A stretch of DNA of 63,966 nt, the filler included, from Octopus bimaculoides (taxonomy: Eukaryota): assembly GCF_001194135.2 (NCBI RefSeq). It is 6 parts of 6 records of this genome, joined end to end, with 100 filler letters (N's around TTAATTAATTAA, not from the genome) between each part and the next. Parts side by side here need not be neighbours in the genome. Positions count along the whole stretch, not along the records: positions 1 to 27,139 come from NC_068983.1; positions 27,240 to 50,878 come from NC_068987.1; 4 more parts are not named here. One strand, 5' to 3'. The first letter of the stretch is position 1. Each line of letters starts with the position of its first letter. A model generated the notes under the pieces. It searched no databases, was not told the origin of the DNA, and worked only from the letters and a program-made list of their open reading frames with translations. Positions 24,712-38,059 of this stretch are shown here, piece after piece. Position numbers and translations under genes: made by a program.

Positions 24712-25840
24712 CTGACAGAAAAAGAGAAGAGAAATACAGAAAGATACCTAATGACAGCAATTCTTACCATAGTAAAAATTAAGCTCGGTTCAGTAAGTTA
24801 GCAAAATACTTGTCATCTCTCCCAGTTTTCAAAGCATATTTACTTAAATAGAACAGAAGCAAATTCAAACCTCAGTGTTACAACTAATAAACCTTTTCTT
24901 TACCCATTGTGTCAATATGGATGCTCAATATTGTAGCTAACAGTTAAATATATTGTAAATTCAGAACAGTAGAAATGATTTGATTTTGCATTTTGTTCCT
25001 AAGTTGGAGTATATTCCAGTAACTTAACACTTTGTTCCTAAGAGAATCTGCATACTTGCATAAAACCAATGGTAGACAAATTCAAGTTTACCTAAAATCT
25101 GATCGGGGAAGATCTGAATATGCATGTTTGTGCTATCAAACTGTTGTGTTCAAACATCCAGGCATTTGATATTTCTATCCAGTGCAAGTCTCATATCACA
25201 GTTAATTCTTTATAGTAATTTTTAGCATTATTTTGCAACAACTTCCATTGGGATATAACATCAGATCAATAATTTTAGTCATGATTTTAACTACAGAACT
25301 GTATCATCTGAATTTGTTACTGGTAATTGTAACCTGGCAATCTATATTCTGTAATAATTTAGCTGCTTCTTCCACATCATTCTGAGTTATGTCTTAGTAT
25401 TTTACACACACACACACACACATGCAGTAATTAAAATTTCCATACAGGTTTTATTCCTTCTTGACATCCTTTTAATTATTAACTCAGTTCAAAAGCCTTT
25501 TAGGGCTTTGACAAGATGACAGGTAGAGTTAATTGTCTTGTTTAAAGAGATAGTGCATTCATATACTGAATCCACTAAGATACTGTAACTTCAAGATTTG
25601 CACAGGAAGTGGAGATTATATTTACACCTCAAAATATTGGCTTCCTTTGTTGAACTACTCAATAAAGAAATAAGAAGAATGGTAGCTATTTTTTGTAGCT
25701 AAACTAGCTGTACTGACAGACTATGTTTTGCTTACTTAAGTGTACCTTATGGTTATATATAAAGCTAAATTGCTCATGTTGACAGTAACCCTTAATACAA
25801 TAGTAAAATAGTAATACATGTTGAAACAGTTTAAACTTAC

Positions 25841-25937
25841 CAGATATAAATATTTACAAGTTTCACTAAGAAAAAAACTTTCCATTCGGTCTTCCTGATC
25901 CATTCGATGAACATTGTGGATGGTTGCATAACCACAC
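25841..25937 (-). CDS. EDEM1: EDEM1 internal coding exon (third from last)
   Basis: Bounded by ttttaacAG and GTaagt; 97 nt reading [33 protein letters not shown], matching the GH47 motif CGYAT..H...[18 protein letters not shown] that I recall from human EDEM1. Confidence 0.95.
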
Positions 25938-25959
25938 CTGTTAAAAATAAATACAAGTC

Positions 25960-27139
25960 ATGAGTCTGGTGCATCAGATAGTACTCGGAGGAGACCGAGG
26001 ATTTTGTGGCCTGCTGCTAATGAGAAAGAGAAATATAAAGAGTTTGAAAACAAGGTATGTCGAGCTCTTTATAAAATGACAGGCTCTACAGTGGAGAAAC
26101 TGGGAAAATTAACATGCTCAATTTATGATACAGGGAAGGAATTGTTTGGAGTGAAAGAGAACATCCGATTAGAGAAAGGAAAGTGTAGACCAAACAGGAG
26201 GATCAGGAAAATGAAACAGTTGAGGAAGGAAAAGACCAGCCTAAGAAAGCGGTGGAAATGTGCTGCAGAAGAGGACAAACCTGGCCTCGCGCTGCTGTAT
26301 GATGATTTGAAAAGGAAATGTCGTTATGTGCAACGACATATCCGCCGATATGAGCGTCGAAAGGAGAGTAAAAGGATTCGGGGACAGTTTCTGAAGGACC
26401 CATACAGGTTTACTAAGAAGCTGTTCACTGAACCGAAGAGCGGTTCTTTATCGTGCACCAAAGAAGAACTGGACGTTCATGTCAAAGAAACATACAGCGA
26501 TCCGCACCGTAACCAGCCACTGCCACCTTTACATGGGCTAAATCATCTCTCAGAACCTGATATCAAATTCCAAATTGGGGACATCACGGAGAGAGAGGTG
26601 AATGATTTCGTAAGAAAAGCGAGAGCAAAGAGTGCCCCAGGAGGTGATGGCGTCTCATATAAAGTCTATAAATATTGCAATCGTCTGTGAAAGAAGCACT
26701 TTGTCCTACTCCGACAACAGTGGCGCGAAGAGACTCTAGTAGAAAACTGGTGTAAGGCAGAAGGTATATACCTGCCGAAAGAGGCCAATGCAAAGACTTT
26801 AAAACAGTTTAGGCCGATATCCTTATTGAAGGTGGAATGCAAGATCTTTATGGGAATTTTTTCCAGGAGAACAGTAACATATTTACAAAATAACGGGTAT
26901 GTTGATGAGTCTGTTCAAAAGGCTGGAATCCCAGGGATCCCTGGATGCATTGAACATTGTTTTTCGATTTGGAAAGCGATCCAGGATGCCAAGCAGAAAA
27001 AGAGAAGTTTGAACGTGGTATGACTTGACCTAGCTAATGCATATGGCTCAGTGCCACACGAATTACTGATAAGAGCCATGGACCACTTCCACATTCCAGA
27101 AAAAGTGATCAAAATAATGAGGATGTACTATGACAGTTT
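25960..27139 (+). mobile_element. HERO/NeSL-like RLE non-LTR retrotransposon fragment in an EDEM1 intron (antisense)
   Basis: Long frame with FLKDPYRFTKKLF, KSAPGGDG, QFRPISLL, QKAGIPGIPGCIEH and LDLANAYGSVPH, with two stops; runs into the scaffold join. Confidence 0.88.
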
Positions 27140-27239
27140 NNNNNNNNNNNNNNNNNNNNNNNNNNNNNNNNNNNNNNNNNNNNTTAATTAATTAANNNNN
27201 NNNNNNNNNNNNNNNNNNNNNNNNNNNNNNNNNNNNNNN
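27140..27239. other. Artificial scaffold join: 44N + TTAATTAATTAA + 44N
   Basis: Exactly 100 nt with a palindromic six-frame-stop 12-mer; the same 12-mer recurs between N runs at 50923, 57973, 60157 and 62246. Confidence 0.95.
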
Positions 27240-27829
27240 TGTTAAATCACTGAACGAGGTATTAATTGCGGTTAAATCAGAGATTTAACATTGCTTGTTT
27301 TCACTTTTTCGAGATCAGTGAATAATTTCACTGGAAAAAGTTATATATATTTGCAAAGGAATATCTTTCGCATCGAAGGTTGGCGATTGTCGTACGCTGA
27401 GGACGGGAAAATACCCCAAAACTCGAGTCCGTACGTATCGCAGATCAAGATGGGAAGGATGACTTTCCTTTGCAAATACAGACAGGACACAGATGTATGT
27501 CGATAGCCAGCTGGAGGAGATGTTCTCCTGGGGCTAAAAGCAACAGTAACATCCACCCTTAGGGGTCAGCCACATTTAAGTGGCAAATATACTTCACCTA
27601 GTTTATAATTCTTTTTTTTAGCGACAGCTAATTACTATCCTTCCGAAAAATGTTTACATTATGTGTTTTTAAGATATGAAAACTTATATGTTAAGGCATA
27701 GAGCAGGTGACCAATTTCTTGACTCACCACTGATAGTCATGTTTATCCTCATAGTCCTTCAATTCCGGGTCTGCCACTAGGAAATAAATTTACTCTGGCA
27801 CCCCTTCACGTCTGATACAACCACTTTAA

Positions 27830-28470
27830 TAGCATTGTCCCACAAGTCTATTTTGTCATACAGTTCTTCATTTTTTCCACTGTACAATACATGTTCTTTC
27901 AAAGGCGAGGATGCGGAAATTTGGGGCTCCTGTGTGCTTGTGTCTGTGTTTATGTCAGGCGGAGTATGGGGGGTGTCTGTAGGGTGTGGTTGGCGTACAG
28001 TGGGTGTCTGTAGGGTGTGGTTGGCGTACAGTGGGTGTAGGTTGGTGGTTGTCCTTTACCACGTGTGTCTTTTTTTCTCCTTTTCCTTCTTTTCCATTTC
28101 CGGCGTTTTTCAGCTGGTGTTCACCTCCTCTTCCTCGATGCTAGTACTTGTTTTCGTCTGTGGTGCCATTTCCATCTCCTTCTCGCGCTTCTCGTCAGCC
28201 TCCACTTTAATCCGTAGATTTAGCCTATCTAATGTTTTCCTAAAAGACATATGCCAGTTCACCTTCGGAGGTAGCGTCAATGAACACGATTCTCTGGCAT
28301 TTTGAGTTGTCATGCCATGAGTTAGCCTTAACTATCTTCTTTTTGTTCTTTTCTGTGTTGTTCCAGGATGTACTTTTGTATAACGGGCAGTTCCACTTGC
28401 ATCGTTCTCTATCATCGCCGCGGCTACGATGTACACTCTAATGCTATCCCTTCTGCTGTAGCCAAAGAAT
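27830..28470 (-). mobile_element. Possible LINE ORF1-like remnant
   Basis: Charged low-complexity frame (RIKVEADEKREKEMEMAPQTKTSTSIEEEEV) with a 29-bp tandem repeat at 27970-28040; no diagnostic motif. Confidence 0.25.
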
Positions 28471-28931
28471 CACATGCAGTAGGTGCAGAATTGTATAAAG
28501 AAACAAATAAATAAGTAAGGTGTTGTATAAATAAGAAAAGGAACAAATGAATATATAAAATAAGTTAATAAAGGGCACGGATACAAACAGTGTAGTAAGC
28601 CAACCCCTTGTAGAGGGCTAACACACACAAAACATGCATGCAGAAAACATCGAGATGTGGTCACACATGCGCACGCAAGCACACACACGCACGCATATAC
28701 ACACAGATGCAGACGCAAAAAGAATGCGCAGAAAACATCATAGGAAGACGGAATGGATTAAACAGAACCAGGGGAAACACGGAGAAGGGAAAGTCGCTGA
28801 AGAGATCGTAGGTCTGTTAGGAGAAATTTCCTGACAATGGACGTAAAATAAGAACAATAATAAACAAGTGGAGAACGAATATATAGTGCTTTTGTGAATT
28901 AGGCAATAAAAAATTGACCGTCCCGAAATAT

Positions 28932-28996
<65 letters not shown>

Positions 28997-29449
28997 ACGT
29001 TTATGTTTCTGTCAAACCAATAATTTGATGGGAATCTCCGAAACCTGTTGTTTAATGTCAAAGAAATTGCTACATTCATACTATTTTATGGCTGGTCTTC
29101 ATCAAGGCTCAAAAAGGGCTAACTTCAGTTAGGTGATCATTATATCTTTTGAGGGATGTGCATAGTGTTAGCAGATTAAAGTTGAAATCTATGTTTAGAG
29201 TGTCTATTTTATTGGTAGGTTTTGAATATTTGTGGATATACAATATACATATACAAAATATTATAATCAGTAAACGGATAAATCAATGGAAATATAAAAA
29301 TAAAAATAAAACAAATAAATAATAATAAGAAAACAGTATGGAAAAGTAATAAATATGATTTCAATATTATAATAAATTAAAAAAGTACTGGGATAGATGT
29401 AAAAAAACAAAATCGTGAAGTGTGTTACGTAATAATAGTCTAATCGGCT

Positions 29450-30080
29450 ATGAGATAATAACAATTCAAAGTAAATAACTTTTAAAAGGACTTTTGCGCG
29501 TTCCTAGAGAATATAACCTTTAGGAGCGCTGGTGTTGAAGTAGATTTACAATGAATGTATAAACAGACTGACATTTAGTTTTACAGTAGACATACAAATA
29601 AATTTGCATATAAATTTTAAAATAAAATAACGTAGATTATTAATACTTTTACAACACTCACAAATATTACAGTTAAATAATAAATACCTGATGATTTGGT
29701 GAATTTTATTAAGTTTGCAGAGCTTCTTGATAAACAGCAATTTTTGTCTTTCCTTGTGGGGCATAAATAAACAAACGATTAGGATTGCCGACTTTTGAGC
29801 ATCCCTCATAAAGTTGGCCATGGGGCAAAACTGGTTCTGCAAGGTTCAGACCAACCACATCCAAGGACTGCGCCTGGGCCTAGTTAATGCTTATTGCAAA
29901 GCTCAGGTTGATGTATTTCAGCACGGTTTTCCAATACTTTACTTCTCTCGCAATGCTTGGTTCGATTAAAAGCTATGGTGAAAGGTATTTGAACGAGATG
30001 TCCCGAATCACCGCAACTGCAATGTAAAATTTTATATAAATTTATCATCATATATGCATGCGTAGGGATGTACAACCAGG
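29450..30080 (-). mobile_element. Helitron 3' fragment, same family as 54590-55936
   Basis: FAISIN*AQAQSLDVVGL...HGQLYEGCSKVG helicase C-terminus; aligns by eye over about 500 bp with 54590-55080. Confidence 0.85.
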
Positions 30081-31099
30081 AAATAGTGAGTTAAATACAC
30101 GAAGTGGGGGTTATCTATTAATTTCAAACTGCTGATTCACTCAGTTACTGAGAGTATAGCATTCTGAGATATTTTGTGATACACGCACAGAAATAAACGC
30201 ACACCTACATGGATTTGCACACGCACATTTTTATCCATGTGACTGTAACCGTATTTGTAGATACTCAGACACACACACATACACACACACACATATGTAT
30301 ATACATACATAGATACACACAGCACACACACACACACACACGCACATATATATATTGAACGTTCACAAACACATATCTATATTATGTTTGTGCATATATA
30401 CATCTATATTTAATGCAAGTATTCTTAAAATAGGAATAAAGCCTTATTCTTGATATTCGGCAGCATTTTAAGTGATAATTCTACCACAGATTAACATTTC
30501 CTCAATCTGTGACTGCTCCCCTCATTTTGAATCCCTCATCAAATAAAATATTATCATCAATTTTTCAATAGGTGATTAAGTCACGTTATTTCCTACTAGC
30601 TTACTTGCTTTTAAGGTCGACTGTTGCCAGAATTGCATGTGTGGAGAGAGGCAAATTTCCTTTTCGCATTAATCAATATTCTGTATATTTTCACCAAAAG
30701 TAATCTATTTACATTTGCTATTCGATTTGACAGACACGCAAAAGGAATGGAAGAAGGTATGTTTTTTTTATTCTTGGTTTTCATATTTTGCTGTGTTAAT
30801 ATTGCTGTGGAATAACTTACAATGCTTGAAAGGTCAGAGATACTTTGAAATGAATTAGTAACTTACTAGATTGGTAATTCTATATTCCTATGGGATTTTA
30901 ACAAATATAACGGTAAAACAGTTTTAGAAGGAAGTTGTAATTATGCTATTTTATGTACTGGCCATCAACTTTCAGAAAGAAGTAAAACTTCATTCGTCTA
31001 AGTCTACAACATAGTTTCAATCTCTACTTCAACTTCTTTCTTTTAATTTATGCCAGCAGTTTCTTTAGAGACTGCATTAATTATATATATATATATATA

Positions 31100-31222
31100 C
31101 AAGAGTTAAGGAATGGAATAGATAATATATGTGCTACATATGTTTCATAGCGAAACGTATGGGTCTCGCTCGTTATGAAACATATGTAGCCCTGATATTA
31201 TCTACTCTATCCTTACCTCTTG
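31100..31222. mobile_element. Tiny TA-flanked hairpin element (MITE-like)
   Basis: TA|CAAGAG...CTCTTG|TA with arms complementary over about 55 nt. Confidence 0.55.
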
Positions 31223-33812
31223 TATTTTATTCAGAAACCTAGCAACTATGCGTACCTACCGTGAAATATAAACATTAATGTTTTTCAGCTTACCATATTT
31301 CAATGCAGAAAAAAATCCACAATCTTCTGCTTCAATAAACCACCATTGTTCCTGAAAGTTGCTTTTTATATTTCCTACGGTTTGTTTGAAGCTAACCCTA
31401 CACCACGATCCTTAGCTCTTACACACACACACACATACATATATTTATGAGTGTGTGTTTGTGTATGTGTGCGTGTGTGTGTGTGAGAGAAAAAGAGAGA
31501 GCGAGAAGAGAAAGAGGGAGGGAAAGAGAGAGTGAATGGAGCGGAACTTTATTCAAGAATCCGACACATCTATTTCGACATCATGACGGAGGAAATTTGA
31601 ATCGCTGACACACAAGACCCAAGTAAGGTGTAGAATAACAAATAGATTACAAAGTTAGTGGAACACTTTTCGCCAGAAGTGGGAGAATAATGCCTGATTT
31701 GACATGCGTAGATAAATACATACATTAATGCGTGCANNNNNNNNNNTTCCTTTTCGCATTAATCAATATTCTGTATATTTTCACCAAAAGTAATCTATTT
31801 ACATTTGCTATTCGATTTGACAGACACGCAAAAGGAATGGAAGAAGGTATGTTTTTTTTATTCTTGGTTTTCATATTTTGCTGTGTTAATATTGCTGTGG
31901 AATAACTTACAATGCTTGAAAGTGGAACACTTTTCGCCAGAAGTGGGAGAATAATGCTTGATTTGACATGCGTAGATAAATACATACATTAATGCGTGCA
32001 TACATAGCCACCAGTATTTTATTTACAGCCTGGTACTTATTGTATTGATTTACGGGTACACAAAGGCACCAACACCGTTTGTCAAGTGGCGGTGAGTGAG
32101 AAACACAGACACAGAGACATATTCATACACAAACACGCACACACACACACATACACACGCACATGCAATGGGCTTCTTTTAACTTCCATCTAGCACATGC
32201 TCTCTGTCTTTGTGCCAAAGTAAAAGACTCTTGCCCAAGATGCTACGGAGTGGGACTGAACCTACAACCATGCAGTTGGGAAGCAAATTCTTACCACGTA
32301 GCTACTCATGTGCCTGTATATATGTATGTCTGTGCGGAATGTGTGTGTGTGTGTATGTGTGTATGTGTATGTGGGTGTGTGTGTGTGCGTGTGTGTGTGT
32401 GTGTGTGTGTAATATGTCATATGCATAACTCTAGGTGAAGCAGAGAGTTTGAAATATTGGAAATATTAGAGTGCCTTTGCTGTGATGTAACCACATTGAC
32501 AATAATTGATAATATGATTTCGATGAACAGAAAAATGTGGGTTCGAAACTCTCAAGCTTTGTTCGATCCTCAGGCGGGATGCCACCGGTTTCCTTTGAAA
32601 GTGGATAGCGTAGAATATTCTTTTCCTATTTAAGAATCCAGGGATAAAATTATTACCGTCTGAAATCACTTGATATGCATATTTGCGCTTTAGTAGCATC
32701 CAAACAGGTTTTGTCATTCGAATTTCGATTATACTATATTGGTGTACATGAAAATATGCTACGATGCAGCGAACTTTATCTGAATGGAATTGTACGCAAC
32801 ACCCTTTTGTGAAAGAATATTATTAGTATTCCAGATTTGCTTACATCTATTTATAAGGAACGATTGCCTTTGCTTCGAATAATATATATAATCAAATACC
32901 GTACCCCTATACTTCACAGGAATACAGAATCTATTTCTGCGGGTCAATTTGGTAAGGAAATCTGATGACATTCTCGTTGGCTAGTTGCTGTGTCAATAAT
33001 TTTTTACTGATTAAGGTCACAAGCTGAACGAAGGAATGTGAAAAAGCACACAAACACACACACGCATAAACACACAGAGGCATCACACACAGACATACAC
33101 ACATACACATACATTCGCTGCCATATAACATTCAGTTCGGAGCTGGCTGTAATAAAGTCTTCTTTTTGCGAAATTCCTTTTTAGCATATAAAAACAGACA
33201 AATGGTCAAATATTCTTGCACATATACTAAAACATTTATATGCACAAACACTGACAAAAGCACACATACCCTAATAACAAAGACACATGTGCATGTACTA
33301 AATTATGAGTTATGCTAATGTCAGCGAGATATTACACTATTAATTATTGAGGGAACTTGCTTTGTATACTGCATTAGATATCTACTAATATATTGTAAGT
33401 CAATAGAATTGATCGTAAATACGTCAACATATTTTCTGTAATGTTTCCTTCAAGCAGTATAAAGTTAAAAGTAAGTCTTCTATCTTTTATAAAAGTCTAC
33501 TGACGGCTGTTGTTGCCAATCCTCATTATTTACTTAGATGTCTCACTCAGTGCATTTGCTTAAATGTATATAGTACAAGCAGGACGATGAATGAATTAAT
33601 AATGGATACTGTGAACTTGCACCGGAAACTCCTCAATTATGCTGTAATAATAGTTAATTGGGACTTCTTGCAGTCGGTACTAGGAATCATTGTTCTATAG
33701 TAACTTCACCATAATCAAGTGACTGGAATGCAGAAACACCATTAAATTGATGCATGGCTGGTACAACCTTTCTCTTTTTCTCAGTCTCGCCCCTCTCTTT
33801 CTCTCTCTCTGT

Positions 33813-33816
<4 letters not shown>

Positions 33817-33849
<33 letters not shown>

Positions 33850-33906
33850 TATATACATATATGCATATATATACATACATGCACATACACACACACACAC
33901 ACACAC

Positions 33907-33968
<62 letters not shown>
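33817..33968. repeat. (AC)n/(AT)n microsatellite
   Basis: Direct inspection. Confidence 0.95.
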
Positions 33969-33971
<3 letters not shown>

Positions 33972-34218
33972 CGTTGCTATTATATTAAAATGTTGTATGT
34001 TGAAATTTGGCCAAAATGCGTTTTGTTCAATGTATAATTTTTACTTGCAATGCAATAGCCGGTTATTTTGCTCAAAGTATGGTATTTCCGGCTGCGTTAG
34101 ATGTCAATATATCAAAAATTGTCAAAGCATAGTACGACGGTCTTGCTTTGGAATGGCGAAACTATTTTTCGTTCTCTGAAAAAGCAACGTTTTGAACTTA
34201 CGACACCTTTGCATAATA

Positions 34219-34410
34219 GCTGGCAGAATCGTTTGCTTAGCGGTATTTCGTCTGCCGATACGTTCTGATTTCACATTCCGCCGAGGTCGACTGTTGCTTT
34301 CATCATTTCGGAGTCGATAAATGAAGTACCAGCTGTGTACTGGAGTCATGTAATCGACTGGCCCCACCTCCTCTTAAATTTCAAGCCTTGTGCCTATAGT
34401 AGAAAGGATA
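34219..34410 (+). mobile_element. SINE family A
   Basis: ccgccgaggtcgac...tttcatcatttcggagtcgataaatgaagtacc core. Confidence 0.8.
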
Positions 34411-34416
34411 TACGTA

Positions 34417-34930
34417 TTGGATCATCCCATAAATAATGCGGTTTTTTATGTTTCAAAATTGAAAGTAACACAATTGTTTTTCAATCTAAAAGATATTCTT
34501 CTTGATTTTCTACAATACCCTTCCATATAGCTGGTAGACTTGCAGCCCCACCCTTCAAAATTCACTTGTCCATGACGAAAAATACTCCTCCAGTACCCTT
34601 CTGACGTCGTCTACAAAATTCATATTTCGTCCGGCCAAATGATTTTGAATGTTGCGGCATAAATGATAATCAGATAGAGCATTATCCAGCGAATATTGTA
34701 GGTAGGGCATCGTTTTCCATTGAATGAGCTCCAACTTTTGGAATGTCATCCTCGCAGTATGTGGGCGAACATTATCGTGATGGAAGAACAGCTTTCGTCT
34801 TGAAAACGAAGTCGGTCGTTTTTGTTTTAGTGCTTACTTACGCCTCTGAAACTGCTCGCAGTAGATCTCATTTGTTATCGTTTGGTTTGGGTTTAAACGT
34901 GGAAAGCGGACTAAGCATTTTATACCACAC
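34417..34930 (-). mobile_element. Mariner transposase 3' portion with terminal inverted repeat
   Basis: HDNVRPHT...YSLDNALSDYHL motifs (decayed HDNARPH and YSPDLAPSDY); TA|TTGGATCATCCCATAAATAATGCGG end; 5' part lost in the gap. Confidence 0.85.
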
Positions 34931-35626
34931 NNNNNNNNNNNNNNNNNNNNNNNNNNNNNNNNNNNNNNNNNNNNNNNNNNNNNNNNNNNNNNNNNNNNNN
35001 NNNNNNNNNNNNNNNNNNNNNNNNNNNNNNNNNNNNNNNNNNNNNNNNNNNNNNNNNNNNNNNNNNNNNNNNNNNNNNNNNNNNNNNNNNNNNNNNNNNN
35101 NNNNNNNNNNNNNNNNNNNNNNNNNNNNNNNNNNNNNNNNNNNNNNNNNNNNNNNNNNNNNNNNNNNNNNNNNNNNNNNNNNNNNNNNNNNNNNNNNNNN
35201 NNNNNNNNNNNNNNNNNNNNNNNNNNNNNNNNNNNNNNNNNNNNNNNNNNNNNNNNNNNNNNNNNNNNNNNNNNNNNNNNNNNNNNNNNNNNNNNNNNNN
35301 NNNNNNNNNNNNNNNNNNNNNNNNNNNNNNNNNNNNNNNNNNNNTATATATATATAAGTGTGCTGATATGTATAAATGTACGCATAAACATTTATGTGAA
35401 TACATATATAGTGACAAAGTGTTTCATTATATAAATACATCATACAGCCGCCAGAAACCCGGGCTCAGTTGGATGAAGACTGGGCAGTAGATAGCCTTTG
35501 CCTGTTCACCTCTAATAAGACCATCTTAAGTTGTTTATGTCCGTATTCAACGACATCTGCGTAACAGTGAGATTTGGTGTGTCCACGAGGCCATGGGTGT
35601 GTATATATATGCGTCTATATATTCGT

Positions 35627-36010
35627 GGAGGCGCAATGACCCAGTGGTTAGGGCAGTGGAATCACGGTCATTGGATCGCGATTTCGATTCCCAGACCGGG
35701 CCTTGTGAGTGTTTATTGAGCGAAAACAGCCAAAGCTCCACGATGCTCCAGCAGGAGACAGTGGCGAACCCTGCTGTACTCTTTCACCACAACTTTCTCA
35801 CGGTCTTACTTCCTGTTTCTGTTGTGCCTGTTATTTAAACGGTCAGCCTTGTCACACTGTGTCACGCTGAATATGCCTGAGAACTACGTTAAGGATACAC
35901 GTGTCTGTGGAGTGCTCAGCCACTTGCACGTTAATTTCACGAGCAGGCTGTTCCATTGATCGGATCAACTGGAACCCTCGACGTCGTAAGCAACGGAGCG
36001 CCAACAACAA
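35627..36010 (+). mobile_element. tRNA-derived SINE, family B
   Basis: A/B-box-like head cagtggttagggcag...ttcgattccc and (CAA)n tail; a second copy at 53242-53540. Confidence 0.8.
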
Positions 36011-36718
36011 TATATGTGCTTATGTCTACACGTATATACTTATCTTCAATTGTATTTTATCTTTTTATAATTACGTATGTACTCATTGCAATTTATTCAC
36101 TATTAACTATAGGTTGACCCATGAAGTGCTTATATTCATGAAACTAAAGCCATTTCGTGTCATTGTTTCGGCATCCTACTGGCAAAAGCAATATGCTGTA
36201 TAATCGAACCAAGTGAGATATCTTTTTAAAGGTTACCTGAAGAGACGCATCTGCACTGATGGATACACCACAACCCGTTGTATAGTATATCATACAAAAG
36301 GGACCGATGCAAGATGTGTGGACACGATCATTGTGATGAATAAAGATTCTCGTGATTTCTATTTTGTCATCCACATTTACNNNNNNNNNNATATATAGTT
36401 ATAACTGATAGTAAGGAGAATAAAGAATTCGAGCATTCGAACTTTATGTTATTTATCGTTGATTTATTCATTATAATTGTCTGACATATGTTTCGGTCGC
36501 ATTAATTGCATATTGTTTCTTATTTATATGCAGTGATTTATGTATTATTAGTACGATCTTTTCAGGGTGTATGAATACGACATTTTTCAAAGAGAAATTT
36601 TCCTCTGTTATTAGTTTGAATTAGGCTTCGTAGCAGTAGTAGTTAACCATGACGTTCATTGATGAACTGTTTTTCACAACTGATTCTTTGGGTAAAATTT
36701 CAGCGGCATCAGCAGTGT

Positions 36719-36759
<41 letters not shown>

Positions 36760-38059
36760 GTGGTGGTGATGAATTAGAAAGTTAATGGAGATTTAAATAT
36801 ACAGCTTTAAACCAAATAAGTTGCACAAGAAAATATAAATCTCTCAGAATTAAGTACCGCAATGTTATAACAATCCAAAACAAAATCGGGAAACGTCAAC
36901 ACGCGCAGTGCTGGTAACTTGCATCACATAACTCTTGACATAGCTACGTACAATTATCCATGCACAAACATAAAGGTTGGAAAGAACTGCTCTCTTTTAT
37001 TTTACGACATAATTAGAACTCCTAGCTCGAGAGGACTAAGAATTCTAATTATGTTAGGAGGAACGATAGAATGGTTTCATAAGGTTTCAATATAATTTTT
37101 AAAACACCGGTTTGTCTTCCATAAAATACATTTTCAACAAAACTGTCGCCTTTAATTATGCATTCATGCAAATATGTTATTTAAGCTCCTTCCCAATGCA
37201 AGTCCCATCTGAATTCTATTAATTTGGCAATATGATTATACCATATTCTATTTGCAATGCGAAATATACCGCATCCTGTGTGACATCGTTGACACTATTT
37301 AGACAAAAAGAAGACATTGAATAATTGTACCGGATGTGTAAAAATTGTGATCCGCTGCTTTCGAAAATGTTTTCATACGTCACAGATGTATGAAAGTAAA
37401 AAAGTCTTGTTAGTTTTGCTTGGTTTGTGAAATTTTCAAGATCAAATGTGCTACGGAAAGCAGGAAAACGAAGCCAATGTTTATAATCTGTTTTATAGTA
37501 AGAAAATGAAGTTTCAGATTCGTCATTCTCAAAAGGAATAATGGGTGGAAAATGTATCTCTGATAACAGCTTTACCATTTACTTCGAGTACAAATGTATT
37601 TAATGAAAGGTGGTAACCAATCTAGCCAAAAAGGAGTAATCTATTTGCAAATGTTCATGAAATGTTCATGAAAGCGTATCCACAGGAATACCTCAACATT
37701 TATGGTGTTTCATTCCGACCATTTTATCCGCAATCGCGAGATGTATTGCTGTAGAGATGTTAAAATCAATAACACAAACAGAATCCTTGCTGAAATAAAT
37801 TAAAATATATGAATCTGAAAACTACGTATTGTTATTTTTCAAATAAAGGTAGACTATTCTATAATTGAAAGGACAGAACTGTTTGTTCCCGGTTAGGTTC
37901 TATGCTATATGGTAACTCGAGCCGCAATATATCTTTTAGAAGCCGCCAGTCTTTTCAAAAATACATTTGTTTAGTTGTCATGTATGGACTATCAACATTT
38001 GTTTTGTTGATATGTAAGGGATGAAAGGCGGAGGGTATATAAGGGATGAAAGCAGGAGG

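Noticed and set aside
27184-27195. Five recurrent TTAATTAATTAA palindromes as a regulatory or CRISPR-like repeat
   Set aside because: Always centred in N runs totalling about 100 nt; it is an artificial six-frame-stop spacer.
30734-30756. 23-nt plus-strand micro-exon (tttgacAG...AG|GTATGT)
   Set aside because: Plausible splice sites but no partner exons or recognisable peptide.
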